This document shows positions 36,635-47,250 of a stretch of 64,000 nt of DNA, piece by piece. The notes below the pieces were generated by a model. It worked only from the letters and a program-made list of their open reading frames with translations. It was not told the DNA's origin and searched no databases. Every line of letters begins with the position of its first letter. Position 1 is the stretch's first letter. Made by a program: the position numbers and the translations under genes. Source of the stretch: Acetobacteraceae bacterium. GTDB taxonomy: Bacteria > Pseudomonadota > Alphaproteobacteria > Acetobacterales > Acetobacteraceae. The stretch spans positions 40,328-104,327 of the forward strand of contig JAVBJV010000006.1 in the NCBI GenBank assembly GCA_031546815.1, given 5' to 3'.

Positions 36635-37946
36635 ACCGGCTTAGGTCGCCCTTGGATGCCAGCGGCGCGACACGTTCGCCGACATAGGCGGCATCCACCG
36701 TCACGCTCTGCCCCGCACGATCGGATGCCGTGAACGAGATTTCTTCCAGCAGCCGTTCCAGCACCGTGTGCAGACGACGCGCGCCGATGTTCTCGACCCG
36801 GTCGTTGATGTCGGTGGCCAGATCGGCCAGCGCGTAGATTGCTTCATCGGCGAAGTCCAGCGTCATGCCCTCGGTGCCGATCAGCGCCTTGTACTGCTTC
36901 ACCAGCGAATGCTCGGGTTCGGTCAGAATGCGGCGCATGTCGTCGCGCGACAGCGCCGCGAGTTCCACACGGATCGGCAGACGCCCCTGCAATTCCGGCA
37001 GCAGGTCCGACGGCTTGGCCAGATGGAACGCACCCGACGCGATAAACAGGATATGGTCGGTCTTCACCGGCCCGTGCTTGGTGGAAACAGTGGTGCCCTC
37101 GATCAGCGGCAGCAGGTCGCGCTGCACACCCTCGCGCGAGACATCGCCGCCACGCGCACCGCCCTCGCCCGAGCGCGCACAGATCTTGTCGATCTCGTCC
37201 AGGAACACGATGCCGTTGCTCTCCACGTGCTGGATCGCTTCCTTCATCAGGCGTTCGGTGTCGAGCAGTGCTTCCTGCTCCTCCACCAGCAACGCCTTGC
37301 GCGCATCGGCGACAGTCAGGCGACGATGCTTGGCGGGGCCGCCGCCCATCATCTTGCCCATCATCTCCTGCAAGTTCATCATCTGCGCGCCGGGCATGCC
37401 GGGAATATCCATCGCACCAAGCGGCGAGCCGCCCATATCGCGCAGCGAGAGTTCGACCTCTTTCTGCTCAAGCTCGCCATTGCGCAGCATCTTGCGGAAC
37501 TTCAGGCGTGTGTCGGCGGATGCGCCCTCGCCCACCAGCGCGCTGATCAGGCGTTCCTCGGCGTTGACCTCGGCCTTGGCCTGCACGTCCTTGCGGTGCG
37601 CTTCCTTGGTCATCGCGATGCCGACCTCGACCAGATCACGCACGATGCTTTCAACGTCGCGCCCGACATAGCCGACTTCTGTGAACTTGGTCGCCTCGAC
37701 CTTCAGGAACGGCGCTTGGGCGAGCTTCGCCAAACGGCGCGCAATCTCGGTCTTGCCGCAGCCGGTGGGACCAATCATCAGGATGTTCTTCGGCACGACC
37801 TCTTCGCGCAGACCTTCCGGCAGTTGCTGACGCCGCCAGCGGTTGCGCAGCGCAATCGCCACGGCGCGCTTGGCATCGCCCTGTCCAACAATAAAACGAT
37901 CCAGTTCGCTGACGATCTCGCGCGGGGAATAGGTGGGGATGTCCAT
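36624..37946 (-). CDS. hslU: ATP-dependent protease ATPase subunit HslU
   Basis: 440 aa. [31 protein letters not shown]. Confidence 0.97.
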   Translation of the reverse strand: MDIPTYSPREIVSELDRFIVGQGDAKRAVAIALRNRWRRQQLPEGLREEVVPKNILMIGPTGCGKTEIARRLAKLAQAPFLKVEATKFTEVGYVGRDVESIVRDLVEVGIAMTKEAHRKDVQAKAEVNAEERLISALVGEGASADTRLKFRKMLRNGELEQKEVELSLRDMGGSPLGAMDIPGMPGAQMMNLQEMMGKMMGGGPAKHRRLTVADARKALLVEEQEALLDTERLMKEAIQHVESNGIVFLDEIDKICARSGEGGARGGDVSREGVQRDLLPLIEGTTVSTKHGPVKTDHILFIASGAFHLAKPSDLLPELQGRLPIRVELAALSRDDMRRILTEPEHSLVKQYKALIGTEGMTLDFADEAIYALADLATDINDRVENIGARRLHTVLERLLEEISFTASDRAGQSVTVDAAYVGERVAPLASKGDLSRFIL

Positions 37947-37949
37947 GGG

Positions 37950-38501
37950 TCAGATCGTCTCCATCGTGACGTTGCCGTTAGTGTAGACGCAGATATCGCC
38001 CGCAATCTTCATCGCACGCCGCGCCACGTCTTCCGCGCTCAGGCCCGGCACGTCGATCAGCGCGCGGGCCGCGGCCAGCGCGTAATTACCGCCCGAGCCG
38101 ATGGCAATCACCCCGTCCTCGGGTTCCAGCACATCGCCGTTGCCGGTCAGCGTGAAGGACCGTTCCTTGTCGGCCACCGCCATCATCGCTTCCAGCCGAC
38201 GCAGATACCGGTCCGTCCGCCAGTCCTTCGCCAGCTCGACGCAGGCGCGTTCAAGCTGGTTCGGAAACCGCTCCAGCTTCGCTTCCAACCGTTCGAGGAG
38301 TGTGAAGGCATCGGCCGTGGCCCCGGCGAACCCGGCCAGTACCGCGCCGCCACCAATGCGCCTTACCTTGCGCGCATTACCTTTGACGACGGTCGGGCCA
38401 AGCGAGACCTGTCCATCGCCCGCCATTGCCACGCGCCCGTCGCGACGGACGCAGAGGATCGTCGTGCCATGCCAGCCGACGGGGTCATGTTGCGTGTTCA
38501 T
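37950..38501 (-). CDS. hslV: ATP-dependent protease subunit HslV
   Basis: 183 aa. ...[22 protein letters not shown]... Confidence 0.97.
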   Translation of the reverse strand: MNTQHDPVGWHGTTILCVRRDGRVAMAGDGQVSLGPTVVKGNARKVRRIGGGAVLAGFAGATADAFTLLERLEAKLERFPNQLERACVELAKDWRTDRYLRRLEAMMAVADKERSFTLTGNGDVLEPEDGVIAIGSGGNYALAAARALIDVPGLSAEDVARRAMKIAGDICVYTNGNVTMETI

Positions 38502-38542
38502 GCCCCATCACATGGCAATGACAGGGCGGAACTGCAACCCCG

Positions 38543-39787
38543 CTATTCGGCAGCGGCGGAAACGCTGCCCGCCCGGCGGCGGCGTTCGCGCATTTCGCTG
38601 ACCTGCGCCAGCACCACGGTCGCCACGATGAAGCCCACCGACAGGAAAAACACATAACGCGGCAGGCCGTGATCCATTACCCAGCCATACATCAGCGGGC
38701 CGGACATACCGCCCAGATTGAACCCCGTCGTCACAATGCCAAATACGCGCCCCGCCGCCCCCGGGGGCGACGCCTTGCGCACCAGCATATCGCGCGACGG
38801 CATGATCACCCCGAACATCAGCCCGGCCAGCCCCATTACCAGAACCAGAACCACAGCAGGCAGCGCAACCGCGCCGACCAGCGCCACCAGGAACGCGGCC
38901 GATCCAAAGCCCAGCGCCGCGATATCGCCATGGCGCTGCGTGCGGTCGGCAATATGCCCGCCCACCAGCACGCCGAACGCGCTGGCGGTCAGGAACGCCG
39001 TCAGCGCGATATTGGCCACAGAGTCAGGCGTGCTGAACCCGGCCATCAACGCGGCAACGGAGAAGTTCTGGATCCCGTTCATCGACAGGCTGAGCATGGT
39101 GAAGAACACCGTCAGCCCCAGCACCACCGGCGTAAACACCGACACTTTCGCCCCGGCGGTGTCGGTCTTCTTCGCCGCAGCATGCGCATGCGCTTCGCTG
39201 GTGCGCAGCGTCAGCAGCGGAATCACCGCCACGAACGCCACCAGACCGGCCACGACCAGCGCGGTCTGCAGGCCGAATGCACGTGCCAGAAACAGCATGG
39301 TGAACGGCGCAATCGCACCGCCCAGATAACCCGCGAACGTATGGATCGAAAACGCGCGTCCAACCCGCTTTTCACCCACCGTTGCCGACAGGATCGCGTA
39401 GTCCGCCGGGTGGTAGACACTGTTCGCCAGCCCCGCCATGGCGGATGTAATCAGCAGCCACGTATACGTGCCGGTCAGCCCGAACAGGATGAACGAACAT
39501 CCCCCCAGCACCAGCCCGGCGATCAGCACTGCGCGCCCACCCAGTCGGTCGACCAGAAAGCCCATCGGCGTCTGGGTGAGGAACGTGACGATGTTGAACA
39601 CCGTCAGCGCCACCCCCAGTTCGACGAAGCCTACGCCCATCGCATCGCGCAACATGAAGAACAGCGGCGGCAGCACCAGAATATGGAAATGGCTGATCAG
39701 ATGCGCGCCCGAGATCGCCGCCAGCGTGCGGAGTTCTCCCGGTGCCCATCCGGTCTGTACAGGCATCGCCATATCAGTGCTGCTCAT
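38543..39787 (-). CDS. MFS transporter
   Basis: 414 aa with about 12 TM segments. Co-oriented, 14 nt downstream of the FAH-family gene. Confidence 0.85.
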   Translation of the reverse strand: MSSTDMAMPVQTGWAPGELRTLAAISGAHLISHFHILVLPPLFFMLRDAMGVGFVELGVALTVFNIVTFLTQTPMGFLVDRLGGRAVLIAGLVLGGCSFILFGLTGTYTWLLITSAMAGLANSVYHPADYAILSATVGEKRVGRAFSIHTFAGYLGGAIAPFTMLFLARAFGLQTALVVAGLVAFVAVIPLLTLRTSEAHAHAAAKKTDTAGAKVSVFTPVVLGLTVFFTMLSLSMNGIQNFSVAALMAGFSTPDSVANIALTAFLTASAFGVLVGGHIADRTQRHGDIAALGFGSAAFLVALVGAVALPAVVLVLVMGLAGLMFGVIMPSRDMLVRKASPPGAAGRVFGIVTTGFNLGGMSGPLMYGWVMDHGLPRYVFFLSVGFIVATVVLAQVSEMRERRRRAGSVSAAAE

Positions 39788-39801
39788 CCGCGTTTTTCCT
39801 G

Positions 39802-40647
39802 TCAGGCCGCGATTGTTTTCTGAGTCTGTGTGCCGAGGCCCTCAACGCCCAGATGCATCACCTGCCCCGGCTTCAGGAACACCGGCGCGGGCTTCACACC
39901 CATACCCACACCCGGCGGCGTGCCGGTCGAGATGATGTCGCCCGGATGCAGCGTCATGAAATGGCTGACATACGAGACCAGCTTCTTCACCCCGAAGATC
40001 ATCGTGCCGGTGGTGCCCTTCTGGTAGCGATGGCCATCAACGTCGCAGAACATCGCAAGCTTCTGCGGGTCGGCCACTTCGTCCTTCGTGACCATCCACG
40101 GGCCGATCGGGCCGAACGTGTCGCAGCCCTTGCCCTTGTCCCACTGGCCGCCGCGTTCGATCTGGAATTCGCGCTCGGACACGTCGTTCACCACGCAATA
40201 CCCGGCCACGTGGTCCAGCGCCTGTTCTTCCGACACGTAACGCGCGGTCGAGCCGATCACGATGCCCAGTTCGACTTCCCAGTCGGTCTTCTGCGAATGG
40301 CGCGGGATCATCACGTCGTCGTTCGGGCCGACAATGGCGCCCAGCGACTTCAGGAACACGATGGGTTCCTTGGGGATCGGCGCGCCGGCTTCGGCGGCAT
40401 GGTCGGCATAGTTCAGGCCGATGCAGACGAAATTCTTCATCCCCGTCACGCAAGGCCCGATGCGCGGCGTGCCCGGCACTTTCGGCAGGCTGTTCACGTC
40501 CAGCCCGGCCAGCTTCGTCAGCCCCGCCGGAGACAGCACATCCCCTGCAATGTCGGGCACCACGGCGGACAGGTCGCGCAGCGCGCCATCCTTGTCCAGC
40601 ATTCCGGGCTTTTCGCCCCCAACAGGTCCCCAGCGTAGCAGCTTCAT
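39802..40647 (-). CDS. Fumarylacetoacetate hydrolase (FAH) family protein
   Basis: 281 aa. KNFVCIGLNYADHAAE..., ...WEVELGIVIG..., ...PGDIISTGTPPGVG are FAH-fold motifs. Confidence 0.9.
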   Translation of the reverse strand: MKLLRWGPVGGEKPGMLDKDGALRDLSAVVPDIAGDVLSPAGLTKLAGLDVNSLPKVPGTPRIGPCVTGMKNFVCIGLNYADHAAEAGAPIPKEPIVFLKSLGAIVGPNDDVMIPRHSQKTDWEVELGIVIGSTARYVSEEQALDHVAGYCVVNDVSEREFQIERGGQWDKGKGCDTFGPIGPWMVTKDEVADPQKLAMFCDVDGHRYQKGTTGTMIFGVKKLVSYVSHFMTLHPGDIISTGTPPGVGMGVKPAPVFLKPGQVMHLGVEGLGTQTQKTIAA

Positions 40648-40864
40648 CGGTCGTTACCCCTAAGTGGTATTAAAGACAGGGCGGAAATCTGCCCCATCGC
40701 CTGCGGGATAGAAAGCCCGCTTCTATCACGTGATCCGATAGAATCATTTCTAATTCTTCAAAAGAAGAAACAGTTGAGTTCTTAACACACCAGATAAATA
40801 ACCAACTACTTTAGAAATCTACATTTTATTTGCGCCCCGAATTCAAATTACCGACAGTATTCGC

Positions 40865-41857
40865 ATGACCCATGCAGAAACCACACAGCAGCCCTATTTT
40901 AAGCCCTCGCTGTCCGAGCGTTCCTCGCATCCACGGCTCGAACGTCTGTTCGCCTGTGCCGCCAGCGCACCTCCGCCGCTCTGCGCTGTTGTGCATGTGA
41001 CCGACCCGAATGCACTGGCCAGCGCCGTGCACGCGGCCGAGGAAGGCATCCTACGCCCGGTGCTGATCGGCCCGGAAAAGCAGATCCGCACCATGGCCGA
41101 TGAACGTCAGCTCGACCTGACCGACATCGAGATCCGGCCATCCGATTACACGCAACGTTCGCTCACCATGGCGCTGGATCTGGCACGCGGGAAACAGGTG
41201 CAGGCGCTGATGCAGGGCACCGCCGACAACACCCCGCTGCTGAACGCGGTGCTGGCCTCGAACAGCGGGCTGCATACGGAAAATCGCATCAGCCACATCT
41301 ATGTGTTCGACGTCCCCAGCTATCACAAGCCGCTGTTCATCTCAGATGCGGTCGTCAATGCCACGCCCGATCTCGAGGTAAAGACCGATATCATCCGCAA
41401 TGCGGTGGACCTGTTCCGGACCATGGGGATGGGGGAACCCAAGATCGCCATTCTGGCCGCGCACACCCACGTCACCCGCAAGCTTCCCGCCACGATCGAC
41501 GCCGCAAGTCTGTGCAAACAGGTCGAGCGCGGGCAGATCGAGGGGGCCATCCTGGACGGCCCGCTAACGTTCGACATCGCCATCAACGCCGATGTGGCCC
41601 ATGCGCACGGTATTTTCGGGCACGTGGTGGGCGATGCCGATGTCCTGCTGGTGCCGAATATTGAAGCTGGCAAGATTCTGGAAAGGCAGCTGCGCTATTT
41701 TGCCAAGGCAGAAGGGGCTGGACTTCTGCTAGGAACCAGCCTGCCTGTCATCCTGACCGACAGAAACGATACGCCTCTGGTCCGACTGATGTCCGCTGCC
41801 CTCGCATCGGTCGTCCACACCGCCCAGTTAGAGAATCGCGAATTACATGCGATATAG
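40865..41857 (+). CDS. Phosphate acetyl/butyryl-transferase (PTA_PTB) family protein, divergent copy
   Basis: 330 aa, colinear with the downstream paralog. Conserved motifs are altered: MQG for MKG, FDIA for FDNA, EAGK for EAGN, LTDRND for LTSRAD. Confidence 0.75.
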   Translation: MTHAETTQQPYFKPSLSERSSHPRLERLFACAASAPPPLCAVVHVTDPNALASAVHAAEEGILRPVLIGPEKQIRTMADERQLDLTDIEIRPSDYTQRSLTMALDLARGKQVQALMQGTADNTPLLNAVLASNSGLHTENRISHIYVFDVPSYHKPLFISDAVVNATPDLEVKTDIIRNAVDLFRTMGMGEPKIAILAAHTHVTRKLPATIDAASLCKQVERGQIEGAILDGPLTFDIAINADVAHAHGIFGHVVGDADVLLVPNIEAGKILERQLRYFAKAEGAGLLLGTSLPVILTDRNDTPLVRLMSAALASVVHTAQLENRELHAI

Positions 41858-41903
41858 AATGGCGCGTTAGCCCTTTTGCCTGCGTGGCGGAGAAAACCTG
41901 ATT

Positions 41904-42866
41904 ATGAGCAAGCTGCCCCCCTCGACCGACCTGCTGATGGCCGATCTGCGTCGGTTCCCACATCTGTCCAAGATGGTCGAGGACGCGCAGAAGATCCCGA
42001 CGCAGATCTGCGCCGTTGCGCACCCGTGCGACGAGGAAAGTCTGGAAGGACCGCTCTCGGCCGCCAAGCTTGGCATCATGACGCCCATTCTGGTCGGCCC
42101 CGAAGCCCGTATCCGCGAAGTTGCCCTGGCTGGCGGGCACGACCTGACCGGAATCGAGATCGTCGATACGCCGCACAGCCACGCCTCGGCCGAAATGGCG
42201 GTGTCTCTGGCGCATACCGGGCGCGCACAGGCAGTGATGAAGGGCAGCCTGCATTCGGACGAATTGCTGGAAGCCGTGATGGACCGCACCAACGGCCTGC
42301 GCACCGGGCGGCGGATCAGCCATGTGTTCGCGTTCGATGTGCCCAGCTATCACAAGACGCTGTTCATCACCGATGCGGCCGTGAACATTTTCCCGGACCT
42401 GCCGACCAAGGTCGACACCGTGCAAAACGTGATCGACCTGTGCCACGCGCTAGGCATCAAGGCACCGAAAATCGCCATCCTGTCGGCGGTGGAAACCGTG
42501 AACCCGAAGATCCCCAGCACACTGGAAGCGGCGGCGCTGTGCAAGATGGCCGATCGCGGCCAGATCCGGGGCGGTATTCTGGATGGCCCGCTGGCGTTCG
42601 ATAACGCAATCAGCGCCGAAGCCGCGCGCATCAAGGGGATCGTCAGTCCGGTCTCGGGCGATGCCGATGTGCTGCTGGTGCCGGATCTGGAAGCGGGCAA
42701 CATGCTGGCCAAGCAGCTGCGCTATCTGGCCGGGGCCGATGGCGCGGGCATCCTGCTGGGCACACGCCTGCCGGTGGTGCTGACCAGCCGTGCGGACAGC
42801 ACAACGGCACGTCTGGCGTCGGTCGCGCTGGCCAGCCTGCTGGCGCACGCAAAACTCTCCGCCTGA
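41904..42866 (+). CDS. Phosphate acetyl/butyryl-transferase (PTA_PTB) family protein, canonical copy
   Basis: 320 aa. VMKGSLHSD, DGPLAFDNAIS, GDADVLLVPDLEAGNMLAKQL and PVVLTSRADS are typical of Pta/Ptb. Confidence 0.85.
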   Translation: MSKLPPSTDLLMADLRRFPHLSKMVEDAQKIPTQICAVAHPCDEESLEGPLSAAKLGIMTPILVGPEARIREVALAGGHDLTGIEIVDTPHSHASAEMAVSLAHTGRAQAVMKGSLHSDELLEAVMDRTNGLRTGRRISHVFAFDVPSYHKTLFITDAAVNIFPDLPTKVDTVQNVIDLCHALGIKAPKIAILSAVETVNPKIPSTLEAAALCKMADRGQIRGGILDGPLAFDNAISAEAARIKGIVSPVSGDADVLLVPDLEAGNMLAKQLRYLAGADGAGILLGTRLPVVLTSRADSTTARLASVALASLLAHAKLSA

Positions 42867-42874
42867 GGTATGAC

Positions 42875-42894
42875 GCGCCCCGGTAACGGGGCGC
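42875..42894 (+). terminator. Candidate stem-loop after the second PTA_PTB gene
   Basis: GCGCCCCG-gtaa-CGGGGCGC (perfect 8 bp), 8 nt after the stop. There is no T-tract. Confidence 0.4.
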
Positions 42895-42931
42895 TGTCTA
42901 CAAACGCAGCAACTTCCGCTAAGACCGGCGG

Positions 42932-44317
42932 ATGACAAGCATCGCTCTCCATCCATGGCGTAACGAAGCACGGGCGATGTTTGCGCTGGCGTGGCCCATC
43001 GTGCTGACCAACCTGTCGCAGATGGTGCTGACCGCGACCGATATCGCGATGCTCGGGCATTTCTCGTCCGAGGCGATGGCCGCGGCGACGATTGGCGGCA
43101 ATCTGTATTACCTGTTCTTCCCGGTGATCTTCGGCATCGCGATGGGGGCCGCCCCGATGCTGGCCTATGCGCGCGGGCGCAAGCTGCACCATGTGCGCGA
43201 CATGCGCCGCACGGTGCGTCAGGGCTTCTGGGCCTGCGCCTTTGTCATCATCCCGGTCTGGCTGGCGCTGTGGAATGCGGCACCCATCCTGCGCGTGCTG
43301 GGGCAGACGGACGAGATGGCCGTGCTGGCACAGGAATTCACCCGCCCGCTGATGTGGGGGTTGCTGCCGTTCGGCTGGTTCATGGTGCTGCGTGGCTTCA
43401 TCGCCGCGCTGGAACGCCCGCATGCGGCGCTGGTGATCACCGTGATCGCCATCCTGTTCAACGCGCTGGCGGACTGGGTGCTGATCTTCGGGCACCTTGG
43501 TTTTCCCGCCATGGGCATCACCGGCGCAGGCATAGCGAGCTCTCTGTCCAATCTATTCATGTTCTTGGGTCTGCTGATCGCCATCCGGCTGGACCGGCGC
43601 ATGCGGCGCTTCCAGTTGATGGGACGTTTCTGGCGCGCAGACTGGTCGCGGTTTCGGTCGCTGTTACGTATTGGTGTGCCGATCAGCCTGACCTTCCTGT
43701 TCGAGACCAGCGTGTTCAACGCGGCAGCGTTCATGATGGGCTGGATCTCGGTTGCATCCGTCGCGGCACACGCGATTGCGATCAACACGGCAGCGCTGAT
43801 GTTCATGATCCCGATGGGCCTGTCGCAAGCCGCAACAGCGCGCGTGGGGCTGGCGCTGGGTGCCCGCAACCCGCGTGGCGCGGTGCATGCGGGCTGGACG
43901 GCGATGGCGATGACGGTGGGCTGCATGGCGCTGACCGCGACGCTGCTGATCGGTTTTCCGCACTGGATCATCAACATATTCCTCAGCCCGCACGACCCTG
44001 CGGCGGAAGCGGTGACGAAGCTGGCTATTGGCTTCCTGTTCCTGGCCGGGCTGTTCCAGTTCGCCGACGGCTTGCAGGCCGTGGCATCGGGCGCATTACG
44101 CGGCCTTGCCGACACCCGCGCCCCGATGATCTTCGCCGCCTGCGGCTACTGGGGCATCGGCCTGCCAACCGGTGCGCTGCTAGCCTTCGGGGTCGGATGG
44201 GACGGCTACGGAATCTGGAGCGGTCTGGTGATCGGCCTGTTCGCTGTGTCCATCATGCTTGTTTTGCGTTGGGCGCAGTGGGCAAGGCAAACGCAGGCTA
44301 CCCCTCCGGCCGCGTGA
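42932..44317 (+). CDS. MATE-family multidrug efflux transporter
   Basis: 461 aa with 12 TM segments and a NorM-like N-terminus (…EARAMFALAWPIVLTNLSQMVLTATDIAMLGH). Confidence 0.9.
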   Translation: MTSIALHPWRNEARAMFALAWPIVLTNLSQMVLTATDIAMLGHFSSEAMAAATIGGNLYYLFFPVIFGIAMGAAPMLAYARGRKLHHVRDMRRTVRQGFWACAFVIIPVWLALWNAAPILRVLGQTDEMAVLAQEFTRPLMWGLLPFGWFMVLRGFIAALERPHAALVITVIAILFNALADWVLIFGHLGFPAMGITGAGIASSLSNLFMFLGLLIAIRLDRRMRRFQLMGRFWRADWSRFRSLLRIGVPISLTFLFETSVFNAAAFMMGWISVASVAAHAIAINTAALMFMIPMGLSQAATARVGLALGARNPRGAVHAGWTAMAMTVGCMALTATLLIGFPHWIINIFLSPHDPAAEAVTKLAIGFLFLAGLFQFADGLQAVASGALRGLADTRAPMIFAACGYWGIGLPTGALLAFGVGWDGYGIWSGLVIGLFAVSIMLVLRWAQWARQTQATPPAA

Positions 44318-44699
44318 ACACATACGCCGCCGCCAGCGTCATGCACGTATAAGCCACCGCCAACGCCCAGCCCGGTGCGCCGCTGAACCATGCCAGCACG
44401 GCACCCAGCACGATGCTCGCCCCGGCCAGCAGCTTTGCCTTGCGTGGGATAATGCCCCCCGCGCGCCACGCCACCACCGACGGGCCGAGCACCGGATGGC
44501 GCAGCAACCACGTCTCGAACCGCATTGACGACCGGCTGAAGCACCACGCAGCCAGGATCAGAAACACCACGCCCGGCACCATCGGCAGCACCAGACCGAT
44601 CACGCCGATCACCACGCATACCCAGCCGCATGCGAACAGCACCGCGCGTCCCACATGGGATCTGACAAAAACAGCAAACGCAGTCGGCCGAAGCATCAT
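44298..44699 (-). CDS. YbaN-family inner membrane protein (DUF454)
   Basis: 133 aa. …GVIGLVLPMVPGVVFLILAAWCFSRSS.RFE.WLL.HP… is the DUF454 hallmark. Its 3' end overlaps the MATE gene by 20 nt (convergent). Confidence 0.8.
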   Translation of the reverse strand: MMLRPTAFAVFVRSHVGRAVLFACGWVCVVIGVIGLVLPMVPGVVFLILAAWCFSRSSMRFETWLLRHPVLGPSVVAWRAGGIIPRKAKLLAGASIVLGAVLAWFSGAPGWALAVAYTCMTLAAAYVFTRPEG

Positions 44700-44751
44700 G
44701 CCGGTCCTTCACAAACACGGCCATACAGTCCCGTATGGCCGTGCCCGTCAA

Positions 44752-46167
44752 TCATACTTTCGACATATCCAGCGCCGGCTTCACATCCGCCGGCAGAGGC
44801 GGCTTGTAACCATTGCCCGTGCGCGCCTTCAGATCTTCCTTGGCGCGCACGATCAGATCCGGGTTGGTCAGCACATCGACCGCCGTGCCCGCCATGATCT
44901 TCGCCACATGCACCAGCCCCTTGTGTGCCGCCGCATTCTTGCCCTGCGCGGTCAGCTGCCACGAATGGCCCGGCGTGCCGATCGCGTATGTCGCACCATC
45001 GGCCTGCACCGTCGGCACCACCCAGCTCACGTCACCCACATCGGTGGATCCCACCATCGGCACGCGCGGCGCATCCATCGGCACCACCGCATCGCACAGC
45101 GGCGACTCGGTAGGCTTCATTCCCGCACGACGATACGCCGTGGCAATTTCCTCGGCGGTCAGAGACTTCTGGATCTCGCGCGCGAACTTGCGGTCTTCCT
45201 CGTCGAACGGCGGCGGGCCGAGGCGCTGGAAATTTTCATACATCGCCTGTTCCAGCGGCGTGTTGCCGATCAGGTTCGACACCGCGCTGATTACCTGAGT
45301 GCTGACTTCCGTTTCCGTCATCAGCGCCGCGCCATCGGCGATCTTGCGCACGCGCGTCACCAGGTCGGTCAGTTCTTCCAGATTGCGCGCGCGGATCAGG
45401 TAACGCACCTTCGCCGTGCCCTGCACCACGTTCGGTGCCACACCACCCGCATCGAGATACGCGTAATGCACACGCGCATCGCTCGGCATGTGTTCGCGCA
45501 TGTAATTGACGCCGACATTCATCAGCTCCACCGCATCCAGCGCGCTGCGGCCCAGATGCGGCGCGGCGGCGGCGTGCGCGGTGCGGCCCTTGAACGAGAA
45601 GTCGATGCGGGTATTCGCCAGCGACCGTGCCTCGTTCACGCCCGAGAACGCATTCGGGTGCCAGGTGATCGCGATGTCCACATCCCTGAACGCGCCGTCG
45701 CGCACCATGAAGCCCTTGGCAGCGCCGCCTTCTTCGGCCGGGCAACCGTAATAACGCACACGCCCCTTCACGCCATTGGCCGCCAGCCAGTCCTTCACCG
45801 CCGTTGCCGCCAGCATCGCCGCGCCACCCAGCAGGTTGTGCCCGCACCCATGACCGTTGCCATCGCCCGGGATCGGCGTCGGCACCGCAACACCCGCTTC
45901 CTGACTCAGGCCGGGCAACGCATCGTATTCACCCAGAATGGCAATCACCGGGCCGCCCTCGCCCGCTTCGCCCATCACGGCGGTGGGGATTCCGGCCACG
46001 TTCTTCGTCACGCGGAAACCGTGCTGTTCCAGCATCGCCGTATGTTCGGCGGCCGAACGGTGTTCGTTGTAACACAGCTCGGGCATGCCCCAGACGCGGT
46101 CGGACAGGCCAATGAACGGCTCGGCCTTGGCATCGGTCAGACGCCAGATTTCCTCGGTATTGCGCAT
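44752..46167 (-). CDS. M20-family amidohydrolase (AbgB-like)
   Basis: 471 aa. …E..SA..H...L...GF.V…ILGEYDALPG…GHGCGHNLLG… pattern of the M20D/AbgB family. Confidence 0.8.
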   Translation of the reverse strand: MRNTEEIWRLTDAKAEPFIGLSDRVWGMPELCYNEHRSAAEHTAMLEQHGFRVTKNVAGIPTAVMGEAGEGGPVIAILGEYDALPGLSQEAGVAVPTPIPGDGNGHGCGHNLLGGAAMLAATAVKDWLAANGVKGRVRYYGCPAEEGGAAKGFMVRDGAFRDVDIAITWHPNAFSGVNEARSLANTRIDFSFKGRTAHAAAAPHLGRSALDAVELMNVGVNYMREHMPSDARVHYAYLDAGGVAPNVVQGTAKVRYLIRARNLEELTDLVTRVRKIADGAALMTETEVSTQVISAVSNLIGNTPLEQAMYENFQRLGPPPFDEEDRKFAREIQKSLTAEEIATAYRRAGMKPTESPLCDAVVPMDAPRVPMVGSTDVGDVSWVVPTVQADGATYAIGTPGHSWQLTAQGKNAAAHKGLVHVAKIMAGTAVDVLTNPDLIVRAKEDLKARTGNGYKPPLPADVKPALDMSKV

Positions 46168-46248
46168 CGATGTTCCATCGCTTTTGTGAAGAGCAGGCGC
46201 AAACTATACGCGCCCGAAAAACAAAAGCGACTCAGGAACCCGATACCT

Positions 46249-47250
46249 TCAGTACGAATCCGGCGCGATCACATTCTGCGGACGCGAACCCACCAATGCC
46301 GCGCGCATTGTCTCGGCGCTTTTCACCCGAATGTCCTGCCATGCCTCGGGCGTATGGAACGCAGAATGCGGCGTGACGATCAGCCGCCCCTCCAGCCACT
46401 TCTCGCGCGCATGGTAAGCACGCAACAGCGTGGGCATCGGATCGACCGGGGGCTCCACCGGCACGACATCCAACCCGACGCCGGCTAGATGTTCCATACG
46501 CAGCGCCGCTTCCATCGCGTTGATATCGACGATCGGACCGCGCGCCGTATTGATCAGCACCGCATGCTGCGGCAGCCGCGCAAGCTGCTCAGCCCCGATC
46601 ATCCCGTGCGTTTCGGGGGTCAGCGGCGCGTGAATGCTCAATACGTCGGATCGACGCAGCAATTCGTTCAACGTGTTGTACCGCGTGATCCCCAGCGAGC
46701 GATCCACACCATTGGCGACATAGGGATCGTAAAACCCCACCTGCATGCCGAACGCCTTGGCCCGCAGCGCCACCGCTGTGCCGATCCGCCCGATGCCGAT
46801 GATTCCCAGCCCCTGCACATCCATCCGGCGCACCAGCGGGGTCTCCACCTGCCGCCAGGGCGCACCCTCGCGCTGCAGGTCGTGGTGCAGCGCAATCCCG
46901 CGCCGCAGCGCCAGCATCAGCGCCATCGCGTGGTCGCATACTTCCGCCGTGCCATAATCGGGCACATTGCAGATGGTGATGTTGCGCACAGCCGCCTCGG
47001 CCCGTGGCAGACGGTCGTAGCCGACACCCATACGCACGATGGCCTTCAGTTTCGGGAAAAGGGCCAGATCCTCGGGGTGCACCTGATGGCGAAAGATCAT
47101 CAGCCCGTCCGCCGCGGCGCAATCCTCGGCCGACAGATCGGCCAGCCGCTCGACGGGGCGAAACAGCACCTTCACCCCGGGGCCGAAAATCCCGTCTTCC
47201 ACCCGCTGATCGTCATACAGAGGTTCCGGATAGAGGACTGTCAGAGTCAT
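46249..47250 (-). CDS. D-isomer-specific 2-hydroxyacid dehydrogenase (CtBP-like)
   Basis: The ATG at 47250 gives MTLTVLYPEP.... NAD site GLGIIGIGRIGTAVA and the catalytic R...E...H arrangement (…TPHSAF). Confidence 0.85.
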   Translation of the reverse strand: MTLTVLYPEPLYDDQRVEDGIFGPGVKVLFRPVERLADLSAEDCAAADGLMIFRHQVHPEDLALFPKLKAIVRMGVGYDRLPRAEAAVRNITICNVPDYGTAEVCDHAMALMLALRRGIALHHDLQREGAPWRQVETPLVRRMDVQGLGIIGIGRIGTAVALRAKAFGMQVGFYDPYVANGVDRSLGITRYNTLNELLRRSDVLSIHAPLTPETHGMIGAEQLARLPQHAVLINTARGPIVDINAMEAALRMEHLAGVGLDVVPVEPPVDPMPTLLRAYHAREKWLEGRLIVTPHSAFHTPEAWQDIRVKSAETMRAALVGSRPQNVIAPDSY

